Below the pieces are notes generated by a model. The model was not told where the DNA came from, did not search any database, and was given only the letters and a program-made list of their open reading frames with translations. The translations under genes and the position numbers were made by a program. Positions 54,137-64,000 of a stretch of 64,000 nucleotides of DNA are shown here, in pieces (position 1 is the first letter of the stretch; each line of letters begins with the position of its first letter). This stretch comes from Monocercomonoides exilis PA203 (taxonomy: Eukaryota > Protista > Preaxostyla). The DNA lies in the NCBI GenBank assembly GCA_001643675.2, contig LSRY02000008.1:62001-126000 (forward strand). Direction: 5' to 3'.

Positions 54137-55895
54137 TCAAAGGCAGCCCAGCAGCCTGTGCAAGGTCAGCGCCTTCATCCGATCTTCCCTGCACTTCGAA
54201 TGCACCAGCGACAGCTCTCCGTCAGCCATCCCTTCCTCTTCTGCTCTTTTCACCATATCCACAATGGCAAGCCTCTTCTTTTTTCCTGCCTCCTTCTCTG
54301 TTTGCTTCTTCATGCGCTCCAAAAAGCAAACGTTCCCAATCAATTCAAGCGGTGCAGCAGCAACAAAATCTGCAATGTCATTGCGGTCCAGCAGTTCAGC
54401 CAGGAGCACCAGCAAGATTTCAAAGAAAGCGAAGCAACCCAATGCACCACTGGCCGGAATCATTGAACAAGAAGCATCGCCTTCGCATCGAACATGGATC
54501 GCTTTCGTCACACCCAGCTGCTCCAAGGGACAGCGCAAGACACAGCGCGCCAGAAAATGTGCAACATCGCATTTTGTTTCCATCTTCAGCTGGTTCGAAA
54601 ACAGGATGCGTGCAAAATACTCAGACACCTTCGTTTCCTCCATAAAGCGGATGAAGCTCAGCTCATCTTCTTTGGAACTTGCTCTGTCTGCCTGACCGTT
54701 GCCCGGCTGCGTGTGCAAGAAGCCCTCTGTCATCTCCACTAGCTTTCCCACAGTTCGGTCCCTCACATCGCTTCTTTTGAGAGCATGCCCTTCCTCCTCC
54801 TTCTCTTCTTCCTCCTCCTCCAACATCCACTTCTTCACGCGCCTCACCTTCTTTTTCTTTCTTTTGAAAACTTTCTTCTCAAAAAACTCTCCTTTCTCAA
54901 ACATCTCCTCCAGCTGCCCCATCGCTTCCCCAACCCCAACCATTTTGTTCTTCAAAAGCACGCCCACCAGCTCCAGCCCAGCTCCCACAAACGCCCCCTT
55001 TGCACTCAGCAGCGCAGACGGGAGAAGCTTCTCCACCTCGTATTTCTTTATTCGCTGTGCATTTGCTGCTCCCATCCCAGTCCATCACACCATTCCCCCA
55101 TTCGGCACCGCAACCAATTCATTCGGGCAGTCCAGTCGCACAAGCAGCAAAAAAGACAAAAGCATCGCTTTCACAAATAAACGCAAAGCAAACAAAAGCC
55201 AAAGGCAAACATCCGTTTTCCATCAGGCATTTCAGCCCCAGCATCGCCCGAGCCCCAGCATCCTCCATCAGCTCGTCTCGCCCCACCCCAACAACAGCAA
55301 TCAGGTCCGGCACAATCAGCGACAAGACATCGTCCGCTAGCTCTTCTGCTCTGCGCACAAATGCCAACGCCATCGAGTCATAATAGTTCATTTCCCTGGG
55401 CGCTTCCTTATCAGTCCTCAGTCTCATCAAACGACATGCAAATTCTTCCTTATATTCTGGATAAAGCCCAAACTTCCCTTGGTGCATTGCCTCTTCCATC
55501 CTCGAGCAAAACAGCGCCAACACCTTTGCAGCCATAACAGACTTCTTTTTGTCCAGAGGTTGGTGCTGAAATAGCATTTCATTAAACACATCTTCTGAAC
55601 TTTCTTCGCTCCAAAATTTGAATCTGCTTCCCTTTATCATCCTGTATATGCTTTTCATCTGGCCTATCAGCGTACACCAGCTGTCACGGTCCACGCTGTC
55701 CGATGCTTCGCGAATCTCGTCTTTCAGAATCATTCAAAAATGAAAGCCTTTGAAACACTAAAAAATCAGCAAAAGCACACATAACAGATAATCATCGTCT
55801 GGGCTCAGCGCGTCACTGAGCTCGGTGTCTGATGTCTTTTCGTAGTCAGTCACAAGCACATCTTCTTCCGATGTTTCTGATTCAGCGTCTTGCAT
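54137..55895 (-). CDS. Multi-exon hypothetical alpha-helical (ARM/HEAT-like) protein
   Basis: ATG at 55895 (MQDAESETSEED...), then ORFs 55733-55119 and 55075-54137 with coding bias. Ends and introns approximate. Confidence 0.6.
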
Positions 55896-56239
55896 TTCAC
55901 TCCAGCTTTATAAAAGGCAATTGCGCAAAATGTGGCTTTTACAAGGAAATTTCTTAACACTCGCTGCAACAAGGGATTTCCAGCGAATAGAACGAAAAAG
56001 AAAAATGAAGCAAATATATTTCCTTATGGCATATCTGATCAAATTAATATTTGTTAAAAAAATTCTCCGGAATAATAATTCAATGTGTTAATGCATATTG
56101 AAATTTGATTGGTAAATGTCACATTTGGTGTGACCCTAGATGATGAAAATGAAAAAGTTTATTATGTCCACACAAATTTTCCACTTATTTAAAAAACGAA
56201 AAATCTAAAAATAACATTATCAGCTGAGAAACAAATTTC

Positions 56240-56420
56240 ATTGCATAAAGAGAGAAAACCCATCTGTAAAGCGTAGCTTTGCGAAATTCATTTCCAAATG
56301 AATGAATATTCAGGCTGTTCTTCTGGATAATTGACAGATGAAACTTTCTCTTGATGATAATAGAACGAATCTCCCTCTTCCGAAAGAGATCCCTTGAAAT
56401 TGAGAAAATAAAATTGAGAG

Positions 56421-56455
<35 letters not shown>

Positions 56456-56456
56456 A

Positions 56457-56500
<44 letters not shown>

Positions 56501-57420
56501 AAATGAATCATAAAAATTAACACAAATATTATTATTTAAAAATTCTCCCGAATAACTTCATTTTAATTTTCTCGCAATGAAAAATGATTTTCGGCAAAGC
56601 ATACAATGACATTTATTTCATTCGATTTGAACACAACTTCATTGACGAATTTCCCATCAACAAAGACGCTCATTCGATGAGGAAGTTGTTCAAAATCAAG
56701 ATAGACAGAAATTTCTGCTGAAGTGTGAATCATTGATTTGATTGACTCACTCGAATGAGATTCACTCGATGAAAAGGAGGACGGGGATGATGCTGATGAT
56801 TCTTTGGCAAATGAAAGCGGTGGCTGCTCCATCAAATCATTTTGGATTGATGAATACGAATGTGACGGTAATGATGATTTTGAAGATGATTCAACTGCTT
56901 CTGCTTCTGCTTCTGCTTCTGCTTCTGCTTCTGTTGATGGAGTTATTTGTGAAATAAATCTGTAAGTTAGATCCTTTTTCAAGTAATTTCCAGAAAAATA
57001 TTTCATTCTGCATCACATCGAAAATAAATAGTGAAAAAAAAAATCAAAATAAATAGCAGTATCAACAACAAAAAATATAATAAATACCTTTCATAATCAA
57101 AAACTATACATGATCCAAATTCATTGCAAATTCCAATATCTAAATATTTTTGTTAATCAGTAAGATCACCATCAAAAAACATTAATTTGAGAAATAAACT
57201 CAAGGAAAAAATAAAAATTAAAATTAAAAAAAAGAAAGAAAAAATAAAAAAATAAAAATAAAATAAAATAAAAAATAAAATAAAAAATCCTCACCAAGAT
57301 GTCCTGATGTGGTGTGCAAAATGTGAATATTTCTTCAGGATAATCAATTTTGACTTTAAATTTGCTTGATTGAAAGAAAAAACAGCACACATCATCCAAA
57401 TGCCCTTGAAACAATAAACA
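56240..57420 (-). CDS. Multi-exon hypothetical protein (partial model)
   Basis: ORF 57006-56563 (EAEAEA, Ser-rich, SVYLDFE...MSVFVDGK) plus smaller flanking exons separated by AT-rich introns. Confidence 0.35.
56416..56497 (+). repeat. (GAAA)n and (GA)n microsatellites, probably intronic
   Basis: Direct reading. Confidence 0.9.
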
Positions 57421-57634
57421 TTTAAAATAATTCATTCAAAAATAACTGACAAACTTCTGTCATGCAATTCAACATTTTAAAAAACATTTTTTCTGAAGGA
57501 GATTTTTTCACAATTGTGTGTTCAAAAAGATTCCAACTTGAAATATCATCAAAACATATCCACTTTTCATCCAAACGTCCTTTGTTATCATAATTGTAAA
57601 TAAACTCATAAAATAATAATTTAATTGGAACAAA

Positions 57635-59155
57635 TTATTCATTCACACTTTCTTTTTTTTCATGGATATCATTTTCGTATTCTTCTTCCAAATCGTTTTC
57701 AACGAGTTTCTTTTCACGTAACAATTTTTGAATGGCAGCGTATTTTATTTTGTTTTGCTGATGGATGACATTAGCTTCAAGTTTCCTTTGCTTTATCATT
57801 TTTTCATTAGTTCGAAGTTCTTGTTCAATGGATCTTGCACTATCAGATTTATATTTTTGAGAAAACTCGTTGGATAACTGAAAATTGTCTTCACCAAAAC
57901 ATTGCATTTCAAGGGACTTTATGTTTTTGAAATGTACTTTTTTATCAAAGTCTAATATTTTAATATGGGTTAAATATATTCACAAAAAAGAAGAAAACAT
58001 TTTTTGGCTTTTTAATTTTCACTTTCAAATGTCTTAACGCATCCAACATAAACAAAAGAATTGATTTCTTTTTAAAAATAGAAAGAATAAAAAATACAAT
58101 ATTCTTTTAAACACAAAACTGTTATAACTCTGGGCATCAAGATATAAAATGCATATATCTTCGGGGAATTTTGACATCAACTCATTTTCACATCTTTGAA
58201 TAGTAAATTTGAAAAGTAGTACATGTATATCCGGTTTCTCAACTTTTTATTTGGAAAAATTGATAACGGATATATATATTTTTTTTTCATTCTTTTTCTT
58301 CCAATCTCTTTCTTTCCAATTCTGCTAAATGAGCTCGAAAGGCTGCCCTTTGTGCTGCAGGATCCATGTATTCATAATCTTTATATCCTCCTCTTGTCGC
58401 TGAAGTGCGTGGTCTTGGGAGTGAAAAATATGTTGCAAAAAAGGTAAACGTATTATTAACTCAATTTTTAATGAAAAATTTAAAGTATAAGAAACCTTGG
58501 TCCGGTGTAATCAAATTTCGGCATCCTCCATCTATATCCAGCTGGGGTCTTAAAGAATTATTACATTTTCAGTTTGAATAATAAAACTGAAAAAACAAAA
58601 CAATCATCAAACAGTTTGTTCTTGATCATCCTTTGAAACAAATTGAGGTGTGCTTTTACAAGAATGGTTTGGAAGCTCATCAACATTACCATTTGTAACC
58701 GAATTTGCTTGAGCATTTTGCTGACAATTTTCGGATTGCGCAGGATTCAATTCTTTGTAATTCTTTTTTCCAAAAAGAGAATCAAACGGACTAAATCTTT
58801 GAAAATTCTTTTTCATTTCTTTGGCAAAATCTGGAAACTGAAATTTGTTTGATTTTGGAGATTGTTGTGAAGTGGGAAGCTGAAATGAAGAAGATGGAGC
58901 AGAGTTTGAGTTATCAGTGAAAAAAGGGTTAAACATGTTAAACTGATTGTTACCGCTTCCTGACCCACTTGGATTAAAAATGTTTCCAATTTGTTGAAGG
59001 CAAGTGGGAGAGAAAGAAGGAAATGAGTTGGAAAAGTCAAAAGCCAAGGCTTCATTAATTTCCTCTGAAGGATCATCCTCAAACGCCTTTCCAAAAAACA
59101 TCTCCCCGCAAAGCCCCCATTCCAATAGCACAAGAAGGGAGATATTGACGCTCAT
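57635..59155 (-). CDS. Multi-exon hypothetical protein with putative signal peptide and coiled-coil C-terminus
   Basis: ORF 59155-58607 starts MSVNISLLVLLEWGLC. Downstream exon-like segments near 58300-58560 and 57907-57635; joining them is inferred. Confidence 0.45.
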
Positions 59156-59549
59156 ACTTTAAAAGAAATAAGAGAAACAATGACATGACTGTAATACAAC
59201 CATAATCATTTTCTTCGTTTTCTTCTATTAAAAAAGCATCTGCTCTTTTCACAAAAATTAACTCCAAATCACAAAAATGAAAAAATTTTGAACATAAGAT
59301 TTTTTGTTTTATTTTTTGTTTGTTTGATCAATCAGAAACAACACAATCTGCTTTTCTGGCATTTTCCAGCCAAGATCGTTTATTTTACGATTTATTATAT
59401 CTTTACACTGAATTTGTTAAGAAAAGCGATCTGTGGCGTGTTGTTATCTTTTCATTTTGCAAGACAGTCAAACTTGTTTGTGTTCATCGATTGTTCAATT
59501 TTATACAAATGTTTTCTCGATAAATATTACAATTTTTACGATTAGCAGA

Positions 59550-61185
59550 ATGATGTTGCGCATTGAAGATAATTCTAAAGAAAGAATGCAGATGATGATA
59601 AAAACAGTGCAGTTTTCAAGTTTGCCGTTTTATTTGGATTGAACAAACTTTGAATAAATTCTTTATATATTGAATTCCCTTTGCAGAATTGCTTCATGGA
59701 CTGGAAGGTTGCAGAGAAGATGAACAGAAGCAGAAAATAGAGAAAATGAATGAAATAATTGATGGAATGAACAACGAAGAATTTGAATCTGTTTTCAAAG
59801 CAGATCCATTCAAAAAAATTGAAAAAACGATCGAAGAAAAGAAAATGTCGATGGAAATTGCTATTTTGTTGCCGAATCATGTAGGATATTACGAAATAAT
59901 GAAATGCGTTGGGTGGTATTCATTTTTCTTCTCTTCGTTGAATGCAAAACTTGAGAGGATGATTTTTGACGAATATGAGAAAAAAGAAGAAAAGACTGAA
60001 AAAAATTTGGTCGATCTTTGTGAATGCTATCTATTGCTTAACAACGGATCATCTTCTGAATTGCTTTCAATTGTTGTTCCTTGCCTTCTGAAAGTTGCGT
60101 TGAAGAAAGAGGAAAACGAGAAAGTTCAAAAAGAAGTGGAAATGGCATTGCTGGCTTTGAGCAGCATGGGCGTGCGTCGTGTTTGAGTGTTTATATTACA
60201 TTTTTAATATCATTGAATTGCCTTCTTCTTTCTTTTTTTCTTTTCTTTTTTTCTTTTCTTTTTTTCTTTTCTTTTCTTTTTTTCTTTTCTTTTCTTTTTT
60301 TCTTTTCTTTTCTTTTTTTCTTTTCTTATTCTTTTTCTGTTTCTTTTTCTTTTTCTGTTTCTTTTTCTTTTTCTTTTCTTTTCTTTCTTTTTTTATTTAT
60401 TTTGTTAGATTGCTGAACAAGAGCTGTATTTTCAAGAAATAAAGGAAATCATCCAATATCACCAGGAGCATCGCAACTTGACACGACTTGCCTATCAATC
60501 TGCTTGGAAGTTTTTAATGGACCAATTTTACAAAGACGAAAACTTGAGAATAGTTGTTGAGAATGAGCTGCATTTTGTTAGAGAGGCAGCAAGAGAAATC
60601 GAAGATCTATCAAAGTGTGTGAATTGGAAGAGAAAAGGTGATAAAAAAGTCAAAGAAACGAAAGAAGCGAAAGAAGCGAAAGAAATGATAATTATCAGGA
60701 GATGGCAGGAAATGTTGTATGTTTATTTTGACGAATGCCAATCGAGGAATGGAGAATGTTCTGAGCTTTTTGGCAGTCTTGTTCAGGTGCATCGAGCAGC
60801 AAGGGACAATTACGCAGAAATAAGCAGGGAATGCAGAGATCCACTAAAGGAAGCAGCAAAAAGAATTGCGCATGTTGAAGACTTGTTGAAAGGCGAGGCA
60901 ATTGATGCTGTTTTGGATGAGGTTCAGCAGCCAACATTAAATGACAATGTGATGAAATTTTGTTTTCTTTTCTTTATGAACATTTCAGAAAGACTGAAAA
61001 AAAAGGAGATTAATATAGAGAAAGAAGTGAAAAGAAAGGCAACCAAAAGGAAAATGCTTGAAAAGATGGAAGTAGAAGGATACGAAGATATCATTGCAAG
61101 CTTTCATAGAAGATTTGAATTTTTCGATAAAAAACATCGTGATTATTTATCGTGGTGCATTTTGGATTATTTTGTAATCGTTTGA
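59550..61185 (+). CDS. Member of a highly expanded oxymonad-type uncharacterised helical protein family, 3 exons
   Basis: EDEQKQKIEKMNEIIDGMNNEEF...DLCECYLLL...VPCLLKVALKKEENEKVQKEVEMALLALS...EIKEIIQYHQEHRNLTRLAYQSAWKFL...KMEVEGYEDIIAS, recognised from memory as a Monocercomonoides multi-copy family. Introns about 59619-59686 and about 60172-60409. Confidence 0.75.
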
Positions 61186-62249
61186 GGTATTATTTCGAAT
61201 TTTATAACTCAAAAATTTGTTTTTATTTTTTTCTATTTATTTCGTAGTTTTTCGATTTATCGAAATTTTCATGAAAGATTGATTTTGCTTTTCTAAAAAA
61301 ATTTTATTCTAAAATGCAATTTGATATTTCAGATAATTCTGTTAATGCTTGAGTAAATGAGTGTTATTTTTTCTGTTACTCAAAAATTATATTTTTTTAT
61401 TTTATTTTATTTTACAACTCAACAAATTTTTTTCATTTTTATCTGTAAAATATAAAATTTGCTAATTCCACTTCACTTTCATGAAATGGTGAAAAAATTT
61501 TTCATTGAAGAAAAAATCCACGTTTAGTTCCAAACTTGTTCTGCTTTCATATTGCAATGAATGCTACATAATTATGCAATAAAAGTATTTTTTGAGTTAT
61601 CAATAAAATAAATATTATTCGAATTGCAATGAAATAAAACATTAGATAGTTAACCAAAACTTTGAATTGTTTCGTTAATAATCATAAATTCTTGATACAA
61701 ACAAGTTGTTTCAGCAAATGCAGAATATACACATACCTTAAGAAAACACTTCATAATCGATACGAAGAAAAGTGTTGCTATTCTTGATCATAACATCGCA
61801 TTTTTTTCTTGAGTAAATGGGTGATTTTTTTTGATATCATAAAAAAAGATCAAAAAATGAATGAATAATTATTATTGTGAAACTTTCGATCATCAAAAAA
61901 ATATAGGTTTTTGAGAAGAAAATGGCTTATATAATCACAACGTTGTTTGTTTTATTCATGAAAACATTAAAACAAACCTTTTTATGTTTTGGGCAAAAAA
62001 TATATTTATTGATCAAGAAAAAACAATGTGAAAAATAAAAAATAAAACTATTAAATATAAATATCAAGTTTCTCAACTTGCTAAACTATCCTGATACAAA
62101 AAAAATACTTTGAAAGACTTTATTGAAACGGTTTGTTTAAAAGATTGTTTCAATAAACAGATTTAACAACTTTTAACCTATCAAAGCAATTGGTTTTCTT
62201 TTCTTCATCTTTTTCTTCAACTGAAATATCATCACAAAACATCAGTCCT

Positions 62250-64000
62250 TTCTTTTCGATTCAGTTTCTTCATCAAACGTGAACGAAATACAATGAAATC
62301 GATAATCAATGAATAAAACTAATTCGAACTCGTCTTTTCTCTCTTTATTCTTCTCATCACTTGTCCTTCCCGCTTCCTTTTTCATCCTCTCCTCATCTTC
62401 CTTCCATTTCCACTCCGCTTCTTGAAAATTCTCCTTTTGAAAATATCTCTGAAGTTGTTTGATTCCTCTCCAGCACTTTCTGTGTCACTCTTCTCGCTGT
62501 GTTTATCGATAACTCCAATTGCTTGTTAATCTCCTCTTGAAACAAATTTGCCTTCACACTCAGTTCATTGGCCGCTGTGTGAGCGATCAGGTGAGAAAAG
62601 GAGAGGAGGAGGAGGAGGAAGTGGAAGAGGAGGAAGAGGAAGAGAACGATGAAGGAGAAGCAGTTGTTGTTGAAGTAGAAGTAGAAGAAAAACGAAAATC
62701 CTTCGAAACCAACTTATTCAAATCCTCCATGGACATTTTCGATTCCAATTCCAAAGGCAACGCATATGACTTCTCATATGAAGGCATCAGCTTCCTCTTC
62801 ACATTCGCACTTGTTTCTCTGGCACTGGCTATTCTGTTCGGAGCTGCCACAATCGGAACCTGGTCGAGTGGGTCAAGCGGATCGAGCGGGCCAAGAAGAG
62901 GAAGCACCCGCGATAGGAAAGATTGGCTGGAAACAGACGCAGCGACAGATGCGGAAGCAGTGGAGTGGGTTTCAAGCAATGTGGAGCTGGTGCAGGACGG
63001 GGAACCAGCTGGGGAGCTGTCTGGAATCAATACACGGTGGCTGAAGGCAGGCGAGAAGGAGAGGAAAGGAGGAAGCTGAGGTTCTCCCAAGGAATGGTAA
63101 TTCTGATTATCTGGAGGCATGCTCAATGTGTCTGAAGGGAATAGAGGCAATACCTCATCGAAGTCGGATTTGATGCGTGCGGAGCCAGAAAGCTGGCCGG
63201 CTGTGAGGTAAGATGGTATAAACAGCGTGGGGAAAACTGATCTTGACAAGAAGCTGAGCACATCAGAAACCGCATAGTCGTCATGCAGCCTCACCGATTG
63301 TTCGCGGATGACTGAGTCGTAAAAGGTATCATATGCAAATCTTGTGTTGTCTGCTTCACTTCTGCTTTTGGTGTACTCGAGTGGGAAACCAGCCAGATGG
63401 CTCTCAAATTCTGCAGTGGTGATGGCGGCTGAACGGCTGCGCTAGAGATAGCTGTGGCTGATGACGTCTGCGGGAGTGGGGTGGTGTGCGGAGGGCATGA
63501 GTGTGGTGAGGTGTATTGAAGAAGAAGAGGAGGAGGAAGTAGAAGAAGAAGAAGATGATGATGATGAAACAACATGAGAAGCATCTTGTGTTGCAACGTT
63601 TTAATCATTCTATGCAGAAGCAGCATCAAACGAAGACAACATCTTTTCCGGTGACCTTAGTGCAAGTTGGGGCAGTCCAAACACTTCCACAGCTCCCAGA
63701 AGATCCAGAACGCTCTCTCCATTTGCGTGTCTGTGATGACACAATAAAAATGTGGAGCCAGCAATTGCCGCAGTCATCAGAGAAGGTGTGAGTGCTTCGT
63801 TAATCGGAGGGGAGGGAGCAGAAATCAACGCAACGGCTGCAGTTGGGGGCATTTCGAGCTCTGATTCAGAGGCAGATGCAGACGCAGATCCCTGAGAAGA
63901 AGAGAGAGAAGGTGAAGGAGAATGAAGAGAAGGAGATGAAGAAGGAGATGAAGAAGAAGAAGAAGAAGAAGAAGAAGTGGAAGAAGAAGAAGAAGAAGAA
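62250..64000 (-). CDS. 3' part of a large Ser-rich hypothetical gene, possibly disrupted, running in from beyond the window
   Basis: Minus-strand ORFs 63852-63610, 63629-63291 and 63294-62587 with poly-Ser. Apparent frameshifts or introns. Confidence 0.4.

Overview
AT-rich eukaryotic DNA with short GT-AG introns and many Glu/Ser low-complexity tracts. From recall, a gene family at 59.5-61.2 kb suggests an oxymonad (Monocercomonoides-like); this is inference, not a search result. Main content: (1) a disabled transposon ORF (376-2808) fusing a USP/peptidase-C19 deubiquitinase-like domain to a Sola-like DDD transposase, followed directly by a 128-nt GC-rich multi-stem structured element; (2) three genes built of exact 90-bp/30-aa Trp/Met-rich ankyrin-like repeats. 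Two of them lie in a 13.7-kb inverted duplication (6.6-kb arms, 479-bp spacer). The two protein copies differ only at one 23-bp patch with 10 substitutions, which rewrites the hypervariable residues of a single repeat unit. With mosaic blocks shared between paralogs, this suggests a repeat-receptor family diversified by micro gene conversion, the best candidate for an undescribed system; (3) DNA transposons with identifiable ends: a 2.9-kb element with 16-bp TIRs and an 8-bp TSD carrying a decayed cargo gene, a complete decayed Merlin/ISXO2 element with an 8-bp TSD, and several hairpin MITEs; (4) a GC-richer, gene-dense block at about 48-56 kb including a 3-exon EXPERA-domain gene; (5) several decayed low-complexity genes. 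No rRNA, tRNA or CRISPR array was recognised.
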